From Minisyncoccota bacterium (GTDB taxonomy: Bacteria; Patescibacteriota; Minisyncoccia; Phycocordibacterales; UBA918), in assembly GCA_041389045.1 (NCBI GenBank), contig JAWKSQ010000003.1, positions 105,598 through 169,597 of the forward strand: a DNA stretch of 64,000 nt, read 5' to 3'. Of this stretch, positions 10,687 to 20,513 are shown piece after piece. Both the position numbers and the translations under genes were made by a program. Each line of letters starts with the position of its first letter. Positions within the stretch are counted from its first letter, which is position 1. The notes below the pieces were generated by a model. It ran no database searches. It was not told the DNA's origin and was given only the letters and a program-made list of their open reading frames with translations.

Positions 10687-10765
10687 TCCACTATCTCCCA
10701 CCACTCCTACATTGTATACCACTTCACCCCACCAGCAACCACAGTTATACACAACTAACCCCACC
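10687..10765 (-). promoter_or_regulatory. Array of GTGG(G/T) boxes upstream of mraZ (candidate MraZ operator)
   Basis: On the mraZ strand the boxes are GTGGA 10691-10687, GTGGTGGG 10704-10697, GTGGT 10722-10718, GGTGGGG 10733-10727, GTGGTT 10742-10737 and GGTGGGG 10765-10759. Spacing is roughly 10 or 21 bp. Confidence 0.45.
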
Positions 10766-11077
10766 AAGAAAAGTTTGAATTACGTACAACAAAAAGTAAA
10801 AGACTATTCTTATAATCCTCGCTCATGTAATTTTCGCTGCGGAGGTAACAAATAGTCTTTAACTTTCTTTTAAATAATAAATACTTACAAAAAAATTACT
10901 TGTAGGTATTTCACAAGATTAAAAAACTTCTCACGATAAAAATCGTATCTCGGAATTACAAAAAAACTGCGGGATTAATTTTGTGAACCGCAGTGAAAAT
11001 TCTCTGAACGAGGACGGGTAGAAAATAAATACCAGTGTTTTTGTTTTAAAATTATTATATAATTCTAAATATAGAAT

Positions 11078-11431
11078 ATGGAGTTAGAAATAAAACACGT
11101 CCCAAAGAAAGATTTCCAAAACAAAATTTTACAGAAAAATAATAGGACTCCAGCATCTGTATCCTTTTTATATCTATCCTTAGCTGCATTATTAACCATT
11201 ATTGGCAGTATTATGATAGCCTTAAGTTTTTTCTTGGGGAAGTATACCCTTTATGCCTTACCTTTTTCTTTTATTGGAACATTTTTTTCAATACAAAGTT
11301 ATTCATCTATGCGCATAAATTGGACACAACCATTGAAGTCTATGGCAGTTCTCTTATTAACTATTTCTATCACCTTATTCAGCATAATGACTAGCATAGC
11401 AAGCTTTTCATCAATTTTTGTTTCTTATTGA
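11078..11431 (+). CDS. Hypothetical small membrane protein
   Basis: 117-aa ORF with three hydrophobic helices. No family recognised. Confidence 0.35.
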   Translation: MELEIKHVPKKDFQNKILQKNNRTPASVSFLYLSLAALLTIIGSIMIALSFFLGKYTLYALPFSFIGTFFSIQSYSSMRINWTQPLKSMAVLLLTISITLFSIMTSIASFSSIFVSY

Positions 11432-11470
11432 CTTACGCAAGACTAGAAAAGTAAACCAAATTTTAATAGT

Positions 11471-12928
11471 TTAGTCTCTTGGCTTCACCAGTGGAAATAG
11501 CTGAGTATCTCTGATTGGTTTATCTTCGAGAATGGCAAATAGTCTTTCACCAAAACCAAAACCACAAGCTGGTGGCATGCCGTGTTCTAACATTTCGACA
11601 AATTCAAAATCAGGCATCATGGCCTCTGCATCACCTCTGTCGATAAGCTGTTGTTGGAGATCAAAGCGTGCTTGCTGTTCTAGTGGATCATTGAGTTCAG
11701 AGTAACCGTTCCCTACTTCAGTACCAGCGATAATTGGCTGAAAACGCTGAGTTACATCTTCCCTACCATCCACTGCTTTAGCTAGTGGTGAAACTAACTT
11801 TGGGTGGTTAATAAGGAAAGCTGGACCAGCAATATTCTTGCGACAGTACTTCCAGAGCGTGTCGGTTAGTCTTTCCTTGTTATCACCTTCATACTTAACA
11901 CTAAGCTCACTTAACTTGGCTTTCATTTCATCTTCCGTAGCTGAATTTACATCAATACCAGTTTGGTTTGTTATCTCTTCTACGTAATCAACTCGTCGCC
12001 ACTGCCCTGCTAAATCAAAAGTATGTTCACCGCGGGTGAAAGTGGTGGTGCCATAAACTTCTTTGGCAATTGTCTGATATAAACGTTCAACCAAAGCCAT
12101 ACCATCTTCATAGTTGGCAAACGCCTGATAGAATTCCATGTTAGTAAACTCCTGTAAGTGATTTGGACTAGTGCCCTCGTTACGATAAGCTCGACCGATT
12201 TCAAAAGTCTTCTCAAAACCAGATGCCATCAGTCGCTTCTGCCAAAGTTCGCCAATAGAGATACGCAAGAACACGTCAATATCAAAATCGTTGTGATGGG
12301 TTGAGAAAGGTCTCGCTTCTGCTCCACCAGTCGTCAGCTCTAGAGTCGGCGTCTCGACCTCGAGGAAACCTTCTGCTTTCATGAAGTTACGGGTGGCGTC
12401 CCAAAACTTTTCTTTACGCTTAAACATCTCTCTAAGGTCGTCATGTCCAAGCAAGTCCAGATAGCGCTTACGTAGTCGCTCCTCTTCATCTTTTAGGCCA
12501 TGATATTTATCTGGTAGTGGCAAAAGACTTTTTGAGACCATTTTCCACCCCTTCACTAAAAGTGACTTTTCTCCCCTTTGGGTCGTAAATAAACTACCGT
12601 TGACTGAAATAAAATCTCCCGCATCAATCGTGTCTTTAAACAGAGTAAAAAATTCTCCGTCAATTTCATCTTCCTTAAAGACAGCCTGAATAGTGCCAGT
12701 ACCATCTTTCAGTACCAAAAACATGATAGCTCCCTGCCCTCGCACCACCATCACGCGACCCAGTAGCGAAAGTTCCTCTTCTCTGGAAGCCAGGGCATCG
12801 AAAGACTCCAGGGCCTCTGCGACAGTATGAGTCCGCTCCACTTTAGCTGGATAAGGATTGATTCCTCTGTCTTTCAGTATTTGTAATTTCTTTAGGCGCT
12901 CAGCGCGCACTTCTTCTAGTCCTGACAT
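11471..12928 (-). CDS. lysS: Lysine--tRNA ligase (class II)
   Basis: Full-length class II LysRS-like sequence (RAERLKKLQILKDRGINPYP, FEIGRAYRNEG, GFGFGERL). The ATG at 12928 fits the family N-terminus; the longest ORF uses a GTG at 12985. Confidence 0.9.
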   Translation of the reverse strand: MSGLEEVRAERLKKLQILKDRGINPYPAKVERTHTVAEALESFDALASREEELSLLGRVMVVRGQGAIMFLVLKDGTGTIQAVFKEDEIDGEFFTLFKDTIDAGDFISVNGSLFTTQRGEKSLLVKGWKMVSKSLLPLPDKYHGLKDEEERLRKRYLDLLGHDDLREMFKRKEKFWDATRNFMKAEGFLEVETPTLELTTGGAEARPFSTHHNDFDIDVFLRISIGELWQKRLMASGFEKTFEIGRAYRNEGTSPNHLQEFTNMEFYQAFANYEDGMALVERLYQTIAKEVYGTTTFTRGEHTFDLAGQWRRVDYVEEITNQTGIDVNSATEDEMKAKLSELSVKYEGDNKERLTDTLWKYCRKNIAGPAFLINHPKLVSPLAKAVDGREDVTQRFQPIIAGTEVGNGYSELNDPLEQQARFDLQQQLIDRGDAEAMMPDFEFVEMLEHGMPPACGFGFGERLFAILEDKPIRDTQLFPLVKPRD

Positions 12929-12935
12929 AGCTTGT

Positions 12936-12964
12936 ATAGTAGCGTTTATCGCAGATAAACGCAA
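12936..12964 (-). promoter_or_regulatory. Candidate lysS promoter TTGCGT-17-TACTAT, near-leaderless
   Basis: On the minus strand the -35 is at 12964-12959 and the -10 at 12941-12936. The ATG at 12928 follows 7 nt after the -10. Confidence 0.35.
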
Positions 12965-12987
12965 AAAAACATTCTGCACAGGCACTG

Positions 12988-13069
12988 AAACCCGCTAGTG
13001 AAGATTTTTAATATCCGCAACGACAATACCTGGAGTGAGGACCTATTCAAAATCTTCACTAGCGGGTTT
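12988..13069. other. Perfect 21-bp inverted repeat with a 40-nt loop (structured element of unknown role)
   Basis: aaacccgctagtgaagatttt (12988-13008) is the exact reverse complement of 13049-13069. Confidence 0.6.
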
Positions 13070-13096
13070 ACCAATTAGACTTACATACAGACACAG

Positions 13097-13130
13097 AAGA
13101 CCGGCACCTATAGGTGCCGGTCTTTATTTT
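13097..13130. terminator. Hairpin terminator just downstream of greA
   Basis: Palindrome aagaccggcaccta/taggtgccggtctt at 13097-13124. A T-run (tatttt) follows on the plus strand, and the hairpin lies 11 nt past the greA stop. Confidence 0.6.
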
Positions 13131-13135
13131 CCCTA

Positions 13136-13606
13136 CTACTCTACTTTAAGTACCTTATACTTCTGCTTCCCAGTCGGTGTTTCGAAAATAAACTCATCCC
13201 CCTTTGACTTGCCAATGATAGCTTCTCCGAGCGGAGAAAGATATGACAACTTTCTTTCGTGAATGTTTGCCTCATCTGAACCAACAATAGTGTAAGTCCG
13301 ACTATCCTTTTCTTTTTCCTTTTGGATAGTAACGACTGAGCCCAAACTGATCACTCCACCCTTCTTTTCATGAGCCACAATCTTGGCTTCCTTGATAACT
13401 TTCTCTAAGTAACCAATACGTTCCTCGATAGCTGACTGCATGTCACGTGCCTCCTGGTACTCGGCATTTTCTGATAAGTCTCCCAAACTACGAGCATACT
13501 CCAGTGACTCGGCCACCTCCTTACGCCTGACAGTTTTTAAATGGTCTAGTTCCTTTTTTAGTTCTTCAAACTTTTCAGCGGTCAAAAATGCTTGTGTATC
13601 ATTCAT
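13136..13606 (-). CDS. greA: Transcription elongation factor GreA
   Basis: 156 aa with an N-terminal coiled coil and a C-terminal KISYLSPLGEAIIGK motif. Confidence 0.9.
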   Translation of the reverse strand: MNDTQAFLTAEKFEELKKELDHLKTVRRKEVAESLEYARSLGDLSENAEYQEARDMQSAIEERIGYLEKVIKEAKIVAHEKKGGVISLGSVVTIQKEKEKDSRTYTIVGSDEANIHERKLSYLSPLGEAIIGKSKGDEFIFETPTGKQKYKVLKVE

Positions 13607-13675
13607 ATCGAAATTAAGATTTACCCAATTATACGCACATAACTCACCTGGTCAACTTTTTCTATTTCTTATGAT

Positions 13676-15367
13676 TTATTCTGTGGTAATACCTAAATAT
13701 TCTGGACGGTGTTTTGACATCCATTCAACGACATCACCCATTATTTTGGTAGCACCTAGAGCATTACTTCTTGGTGCCTTATCCATCATCAAAATGAAAG
13801 CAAATTCAGGCTCTTCATAAGGAAAAAATCCCGCTGCCCAAGAATTGACGTAGGCATTACCGACCCCAACCTCAGCCGTTCCAGATTTGGCCGCGATAGC
13901 CACATCGTTCCGTTCCAACGCCCTTGCCGTACCACCCGGGAAGTTCACCGTCTTACGCATCCCTTCATGGACGACCTTGAGGTGTTTAGGATCCAAATTA
14001 ATCGACTGCTTCTCACCTTGCTCACCTTTGATGACATGCGGAGTTACTAGTGTACCGCCATTAGCTAAAGCACCATACGCCCGAAGCATCTGGATAGGAG
14101 TAGACAAAAAACCAAACTGACCAATGGCGGTAAAGTAAGTGTCCCCTAAGCGCCAATCGTCGTGAAAGACTTCTTGCTTCCAGGCTGGATCCGGTACCAC
14201 CCCAGCCTGCTCTTGAGCAATGATGATACCAGTAGTAGAACCAAGTCCGAATAAGCGAAAATATTCAGCCATCTTGGTAATACCTAAACCTTTCTGATCA
14301 CCATAGCCACCTCCGATGGTATAGAAGTAAACGTTTGAAGAAAAAGCGATCGCTTCCCTCATAGACATAACTCCCTGGGCTCGCCAGTCTCTAAAGTAAG
14401 ATGGGTTTGCTGGGTTGTAAGGATTGGGAATAACTATTTCTTTGGTACCAACGATAGTTTTGTTTGGATCAATAATGTCCTCAGCCAGCGCTCCATAAGC
14501 CACGAAGGGCTTGACGATTGAGCCGGGTGTATATACACCACTGACCACCTTATTTAGAAATGGCAATCGATCATCATTATTATACTTTTCTATAGTGTCG
14601 ATATCGTAACCATCTGACATCACTTCTGGGTCATAACTAGGAAAACTAGTAAGAGCAATAATCTCACCAGTGTGAACATTCATAATAGCACCGGCACCAC
14701 TACGAAAGCCGGCCTGCGCACTAGAAGTGGATATGATTTGGTACATAGCTTCAGACAATTCAGCATCTAATGATAGATGGAGGGCTTGACCAGAGCGTCC
14801 AGAAGCAATAGCGTGTTCCCCTACCACCTTACCCAGAGCATCCGCTACCACAATCTTTGATCCATTTTCACCCTTCAAGACATCATCATAAGCTGCTTCC
14901 ACTCCATTGCGACCAATGTATTCAGTGCGATAGTAAAAACCTCGACTATCTTTTCGCGGATAACTCACATACCCAAGCACCTGACCTAAACCAAGTCTGT
15001 CAGTATAGGCACGAATAGGAAAATCATAAACGCTACGTTCGTCAAATTCATTCCAAGCCACCAACTCATCATTACGGTCATACACTACACCTCTTTCAGC
15101 AATAATGACTGCCTCGTCGACACTGTTATTGTCAGCAATGGACTTATAGCTAGCGCCTTCCGTCACTTGTAGGTGAAATATCTTGCCAAAAAAAACTACG
15201 GCGACTAAAAGAAAAACCACCCCCACAGACCTAATACTACTTACCGAAATTGGTAACTCACGCTTCCCCTCCATGCGAGCTTGGTTAAAAGACGGAATGT
15301 TGGTTGCATCAAGTAAAACCTCGTCCAATTCAACGAGTTTGCGGTTTTTCTTACGAAAAAGTTTCAT
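13676..15367 (-). CDS. mrdA: Penicillin-binding protein 2 (elongasome transpeptidase)
   Basis: Motifs SIVKP and KSGTAEV, and a position after mreBCD. Start taken at MKLFRKKNRK (15367); the longest ORF extends to 15427. Confidence 0.8.
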   Translation of the reverse strand: MKLFRKKNRKLVELDEVLLDATNIPSFNQARMEGKRELPISVSSIRSVGVVFLLVAVVFFGKIFHLQVTEGASYKSIADNNSVDEAVIIAERGVVYDRNDELVAWNEFDERSVYDFPIRAYTDRLGLGQVLGYVSYPRKDSRGFYYRTEYIGRNGVEAAYDDVLKGENGSKIVVADALGKVVGEHAIASGRSGQALHLSLDAELSEAMYQIISTSSAQAGFRSGAGAIMNVHTGEIIALTSFPSYDPEVMSDGYDIDTIEKYNNDDRLPFLNKVVSGVYTPGSIVKPFVAYGALAEDIIDPNKTIVGTKEIVIPNPYNPANPSYFRDWRAQGVMSMREAIAFSSNVYFYTIGGGYGDQKGLGITKMAEYFRLFGLGSTTGIIIAQEQAGVVPDPAWKQEVFHDDWRLGDTYFTAIGQFGFLSTPIQMLRAYGALANGGTLVTPHVIKGEQGEKQSINLDPKHLKVVHEGMRKTVNFPGGTARALERNDVAIAAKSGTAEVGVGNAYVNSWAAGFFPYEEPEFAFILMMDKAPRSNALGATKIMGDVVEWMSKHRPEYLGITTE

Positions 15368-15614
15368 TAGTATTAGTATACAACAAAAGCAATCTCTTGA
15401 TTGAATTAGCCAAAATCCAGCACACAAAACTAACTATAGTAAACAGTGGTAACGTCACAAATGCACCATAATAACCATCAATCAAAATACCAGCCACGAC
15501 TATTTCATAACCACTATACAAAACCAAATAAAATAAAAAGCTCAATCCAGCTAAGACAAAGAAGTGATTGATGAAGAAAAAAAGTATACTCAAAAATAAC
15601 AATGCTCGTAACAT
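15351..15614 (-). CDS. MreD-like small polytopic membrane protein
   Basis: 87 aa and very hydrophobic, lying between mreC and pbp2. Assigned by position only. Confidence 0.4.
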   Translation of the reverse strand: MLRALLFLSILFFFINHFFVLAGLSFLFYLVLYSGYEIVVAGILIDGYYGAFVTLPLFTIVSFVCWILANSIKRLLLLYTNTNETFS

Positions 15615-15619
15615 AGGAA

Positions 15620-16582
15620 TTACTCAGGACTACTACTTGAGGCGGTACTGGTCGGAGTACTGGTAGATAACAGTGACTCGATATCAAAGACGGGCACATT
15701 ATCTAACTTAAAATAGTTACGGCTAACCTCCCTCACTTCATTATTTATTTCCTCCACGGTACGAGGCGCAATATCATCCAAAGCCACCGACACGTATAAA
15801 ATACCTTGCAAAGAAACCGGTGGTGTCACATAACCATACTGCACCGGCTGAGTTGGCGGATTTTCGACACTAATTATTTCACCGTAAACACCACTATCAA
15901 TACTAGGAAGCAAAACTAAGTTACCTTCTTTGAGCGGTATACCTTGTGGCACCCTGACTCTTGCCACACCACCACCCACTCCTTCCAAAGTAGCAAAAAC
16001 GTTAGGGCCAACGACATAAGAAGTTGATTCAAAACCGGGAGTAGTAATTAATTCCACAAAAGAATAATTTGCTGTCGCGTGCACTACCACCCCAATGACT
16101 GTATCAAAACCAATAAACACTGGTGAACCGACTGTAATACCATCCACCAACCCTTTATCGATTTGGAGTAAATCATAAGCCAGACGACTGGGCTGAGCCA
16201 TCACACGCGCTGTCAGACGATTGGTAGTCGTACCAAAATTAGTAGCCGCTCGTAGTTGCATATTCTCCTCTAGCAAACGCCTAATCGACAGCTGTGTACC
16301 GTTTTCGTTGGCGATTTGTTTCTTTAGAGACTCAATCTCCTTTACCAAATCTGACTTTACTCTCAAGTATTTAGGCACACTAGACTCTGAGGTTTGATAC
16401 CACACAGACACGGCATGCACTGGATAAAGCACAACAAAAGATATCCCAGAAATAATCTTCGGAAAAAAGAAACCCACTAATAAAACCACTACTGTAAAGA
16501 CAATACCGAAACGCAGACGTTTACGTGATGTATGGCGAGAGTTCCCCCTCATTATCGATGAGTACTTCTTCATATTGTTCAA
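15620..16582 (-). CDS. mreC: Rod shape-determining protein MreC
   Basis: N-terminal TM helix, a coiled coil, beta-rich domains and a Ser/Thr-rich tail. The true start may be an internal Met (16573 or 16552). Confidence 0.8.
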   Translation of the reverse strand: MNNMKKYSSIMRGNSRHTSRKRLRFGIVFTVVVLLVGFFFPKIISGISFVVLYPVHAVSVWYQTSESSVPKYLRVKSDLVKEIESLKKQIANENGTQLSIRRLLEENMQLRAATNFGTTTNRLTARVMAQPSRLAYDLLQIDKGLVDGITVGSPVFIGFDTVIGVVVHATANYSFVELITTPGFESTSYVVGPNVFATLEGVGGGVARVRVPQGIPLKEGNLVLLPSIDSGVYGEIISVENPPTQPVQYGYVTPPVSLQGILYVSVALDDIAPRTVEEINNEVREVSRNYFKLDNVPVFDIESLLSTSTPTSTASSSSPE

Positions 16583-17594
16583 GATTTTCTATGACAATGC
16601 CTGCTCCCCTCACCACCGCCCGAAGAGGATCCGGCACTACTACCACCGGAACCAGCAATGTCTCCTCCAAAAAAGCCGACAATCCTGGTATAAGCGCTCC
16701 ACCACCGCAAAGATTGATACCTCTCTGCATTATATCAGCCAACACTTCTGGTGGGGTTTTTTCCAGCACTGCCTTGGTAGCTTCAACTATTGTTTCGACC
16801 TGAGTAGAGACAGCGTCTCGTACATCACTAGCAGTAATGATTACTTCTCTTGGCAACCCCGTCATCACATCCCTACCTCTGATAACCATTTCGTTCCCGG
16901 CATTATCACTTTGCACTGAAGCTAACGCTATCTTGGCTTCTTCAGCCGTTTTTTCACCGACATAAACTTTAAATTGATCACGTACATAGGCAGCAATTGC
17001 TACATTGAGATGATCACCGGCTACGCGTAAATTCTTAGCCACCACAATGCCACTAAGTGAAATCACGGCAATATCGGTAGTGCCACCACCGATATCGATT
17101 ATCATACTACCAATAGCTTTGCCGACCGGCAGTTTTGAGCCAATGGCCGCAGCCATTGGCTCTTCAATCAAAAACACTTCACGAGCACCAGCGTTCTTAG
17201 CAGCGTCTCGCGCCGCTCGCATCTCAACGTTCGTAATACCTGACGGCACACCAATGAGTACCCTAGGCGCAACGAGTGAACGCATTTCGCCATGAACTTT
17301 GTTTATCAAATAGCCCAACATCTCTTCAGTTACTTCAAAGTCAGAAATTACTCCATCCACCAAAGGCCTGACCACTTCGATATGTTGTGGTGTCCGCCCC
17401 TGCATAGTCTTAGCTTCATTACCAACGGCCACCAACTGACCAGTTTTTTTATTAATGGCTACAATGGTCGGCTCATTGAGTACAATCCCCTTACCTTTTA
17501 CATACACCAAAGTATTGGCTGTACCCAGGTCAATAGCCATATCGGTCGATACGGTAGACAGGATTCTATTAATTTGTCGGGAGAAAAAACTCAT
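16521..17594 (-). CDS. mreB: Rod shape-determining actin homolog MreB
   Basis: Motifs DLGTANTLVY, DIGGGTTDIA and LCGGGALIPGL. Confidence 0.95.
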   Translation of the reverse strand: MSFFSRQINRILSTVSTDMAIDLGTANTLVYVKGKGIVLNEPTIVAINKKTGQLVAVGNEAKTMQGRTPQHIEVVRPLVDGVISDFEVTEEMLGYLINKVHGEMRSLVAPRVLIGVPSGITNVEMRAARDAAKNAGAREVFLIEEPMAAAIGSKLPVGKAIGSMIIDIGGGTTDIAVISLSGIVVAKNLRVAGDHLNVAIAAYVRDQFKVYVGEKTAEEAKIALASVQSDNAGNEMVIRGRDVMTGLPREVIITASDVRDAVSTQVETIVEATKAVLEKTPPEVLADIMQRGINLCGGGALIPGLSAFLEETLLVPVVVVPDPLRAVVRGAGIVIENLEQYEEVLIDNEGELSPYIT

Positions 17595-17609
17595 CGGAGC
17601 TGAATTGTA

Positions 17610-18870
17610 CTATGTATCAGGATTAGCATCAAAGTCGTTGTACAATTCCTCCTCGGTCAACTGCCTAACTTCCCCGGTTGCCCTAGTTACCACTTCAAAC
17701 ACCCCAGCTTCTTTGGCTTTTTTACTCGCTACCACGCGGTATGGTAAGCCAATTAGATCACTATCGGCAAACTTTTCTCCAGCCCGAGCGTCACGGTCAT
17801 CGTAAAGTACACTCACACCACGTTCTTTTAGTGAGTTGTAGATACCATCCACCCAATCACGCATCGCTGTATCTTCAGTGTTTAACCCCACCAAATGTAC
17901 CTGGTACGGGGCCACACTAGCTGGCCAAACTATTCCTTTGTCATCGGCAAACTTTCCACCAGTACTCCCATCATTCGAGTAATACCAATACCATAGGAAC
18001 CCATCCAAACTGGAATCCTAGCCCCGGCTTCATCGGTGAAATATAGACCGACCTCTTCCGCTTTTTGTCGACCAAAATTGAAGATATTGCTCACCTCAGC
18101 GGTCTTAGTCGCAATCAGTTCCGCGCGGGTCACCCCTAGCTCCTTTAAGTCCGTTTTTTCAAGCACCTCCTCGTTGATAGCAATTCCCTTTTCTTTACAG
18201 ATATACGTAACGTCTTCACCCGCTTCGCAAACCGTTTGAAACTCGTGTGAAAACTCAGTAAAGGCACCACCAGCCGCATAATATAAAGTATCGGCACCAA
18301 CCCCTAATCTTTCAAACACTTTCGTATAGGCTACCTTACAAGCTTCATAAAATTCATTATGTTGTTCCTCGGTAGCTGAAAATGAATAAGCGTCTTTCAT
18401 AATAAACTCACGACCGCGCATCATGCCACTTTTGGCCCGCACTTCATTACGTAGTTTATTTTGAAATTGATAAATTGCTACTGGCAAATCCTTATGACTA
18501 GCGATATGATTTTTCATCATGTCAGCTAGAGGCTCTTCATGACTCCACGCCAAACCAATCTCTCCACCAGCCTTAAGTTCAGTCTTAAACCAAATGTCTA
18601 CTGTCTCATCGTCCCAACGATGAGTTCGTTCCCATAATTTCTTGCGTTGTAGGTTGGTAGCGATAAGCTCATTAGTACCAAGTTCTTTCATCTCTTCACG
18701 TACAATTTGCTTGATCTTTGCACCACCATTAGCCCGAGCGGAAGTAACTGATAGGCACCAGCCATCTCTTTATGAATATAACCAGCTCGAATGAGTAGCT
18801 GTGCGTTCTTGGCCACTTCGTCAGCTGGCGCTTCTTTTTGGGTCTTAGTAAACAGTTTTGATTGGCGCAT
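17610..18870 (-). pseudogene. proS: Proline--tRNA ligase split into three ORFs by two 1-nt losses (true decay or assembly error)
   Basis: ORFs 18870-18688, 18691-17930 and 18008-17610 tile one ProRS. The junctions lie at T/A runs 18717-18719 and 17953-17955, where adding one A restores VQKIKQIVREEM and VLVEKFADDKG. Confidence 0.8.
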
Positions 18871-18929
18871 AAAATTACCTCAAATTACCTCCAGTAATAA
18901 CTTCATTCTAACGGTAAACCTAGAAAGGG

Positions 18930-18961
18930 TCAAAGAAAACAGCCCCACAAACAGGGGCTGT
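18930..18961 (-). terminator. Rho-independent terminator after the 101-aa ORF
   Basis: 8-bp GC-rich stem (18939-18946 pairs with 18954-18961) followed on the minus strand by tttctttg. Confidence 0.6.
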
Positions 18962-18980
18962 ACTTGTGACCTGGTATATC

Positions 18981-19286
18981 TCACAGCAGATTGAAATCCT
19001 TGATTCGTACACCAAATTCTTCTCCTAACGGGGTATGCCACACAAATGAAATAGGTCTTTTGGGGTCAAAGACAATAACGCCAAAACCCTTATCGAAAGT
19101 AATGATCCCGGACGTCGCCACGGTTACCAAACCTTCTACATTGATTAGTTTACCGAACCTTAGTGGACCATGTACTTCCTCAGAGTTTTCACCTTGACCA
19201 AACATTACCAAGTGATCTTCACCAGGTTTTCTGTTGACATAGCAGGTTACGACAATTATGGATTCAGTCTCATTTGTCACCAACAT
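18981..19286 (-). CDS. Hypothetical protein
   Basis: 101-aa ORF with its own terminator. No family recognised. Confidence 0.4.
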   Translation of the reverse strand: MLVTNETESIIVVTCYVNRKPGEDHLVMFGQGENSEEVHGPLRFGKLINVEGLVTVATSGIITFDKGFGVIVFDPKRPISFVWHTPLGEEFGVRIKDFNLL

Positions 19287-19365
19287 AAGATTTCCTCCGT
19301 TTTAAAAACAGACTTCGCGCCAACCGCAAAGCTACTATTGGCATAGTAATGCAAACTTGATTTTT

Positions 19366-19404
19366 GTCCAGAATAATAGCGCCCAAGGCGCTATTATTCT
19401 GGAC
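19366..19404. terminator. 18-bp perfect hairpin downstream of rseP
   Basis: gtccagaataatagcgcc / ggcgctattattctggac with a 3-nt loop. The adjacent T-run lies on the plus-strand 5' side, so orientation is ambiguous. Confidence 0.4.
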
Positions 19405-19423
19405 ATTCATTTACTGGAAGAGA

Positions 19424-20510
19424 CTACAAAAGCCTAGCGATATCGTTCCAAGTCACAATCACCATTAAGGTCATCAATAGTACGAAGCCGATTAGATTTA
19501 CTCTACCTGTCCAAACCGGATCAATTGGCTTTCGGGTAATAGCTTCAATGGCCACGAAGACGAGTCTTCCCCCGTCGAGGGCTGGTATCGGGAGCATGTT
19601 AATAATGGCTAAGTTTAGTGAAATTATCGCAGTGAAAGTTAATAGCGACGTAATACCATAACTAGCCGCGTCTCCCACCAAACCAACGATTCCAATCGGT
19701 CCAGCTACTTGTGAGAAGTCAGCTGTACCCGTGACTGCGTCTGCTAGTAGGCTATAAAGGCCAACTGTAATACCGACCAGTCCGGACCAAGTGGCCTTAG
19801 ACGCTGAAACCAAAGCTGGGAAAAATGATTGCTTAGTGACTTCTACCAAAGCTAGAGAGACCCCAACTGCCACCTTATCGCTATCATCCTTAATCAACCC
19901 TGACTCAGGAACAGCTGAAGTAGTTTTTTCTTCCCCATCTTTAGTGTAGGTAATGATCAATTCCTCTCCTGGGTAGCTTTGTACAACTGAACTAAAGGTG
20001 GTGGGAGTAGGGTTTTCTAATACATCATTAGTACTGGCGATAGACACTATCTCTGAGCCAAGTGGCAGTGTTTCCGCTAGCGGACTCTCTGGCAGAACTC
20101 GGCCACATACAAAGCAGCGTTAGGACCAGCTGAAGCTTCCTCGACAGCGGTCGGTACCCCGATCATGTAGGTAGTGGCAAATAATAACCAAGCAAAAATA
20201 ACATTCATCGTCACACCAGCTACTAGCACTAAAGCCTGTGCCCAATACGGCCTAGCCGAAAATGACCTAGGCTCATCTTCAGTTGCTTCTACCGTGGCTG
20301 GATTTTCGCCAAAAATACGCACAAAACCACCGATTGGCAGTAAGTTTATAGTGTATTCGGTTTCACCTTTTTTAATTCCAAACAGTTTTGGCGGAAAACC
20401 AATAGCGAATTCGTCTACCCGCATACCGGTTTTTTGGCTACTATAAAATGCCCCCACTCATGTACCAAGATCAGTACAAACAAAACCCCTAGAAATAAAA
20501 TAATCGACAT
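19424..20510 (-). pseudogene. rseP: RseP-type M50 site-2 protease interrupted by two 1-nt losses
   Basis: The ATG at 20510 opens MSIILFLGVLFVLILVHEWGHF (HExxH). The frame breaks in the A6 run (plus-strand T-run 20430-20435) and again near 20098. The pieces 20457-20077 and 20047-19424 continue the same protein. Confidence 0.75.
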
Positions 20511-20513
20511 AAG

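Noticed and set aside
13035-13262. 75-aa plus-strand ORF across the greA-lysS spacer.
   Set aside because: It runs through two long hairpins and then antisense to greA, so it is most likely spurious.
16525-17805. Multiple plus-strand ORFs of 80-116 aa inside mreB and proS.
   Set aside because: All are antisense to strongly supported genes, which is a typical shadow-ORF pattern.
17930-18720. Programmed ribosomal frameshifting to explain the proS and rseP breaks.
   Set aside because: There is no slippery heptamer or downstream structure. The A/T runs are only 3-6 nt, too short for efficient transcriptional slippage. The repeated pattern of one missing base in a run fits sequencing error or ordinary mutation better.
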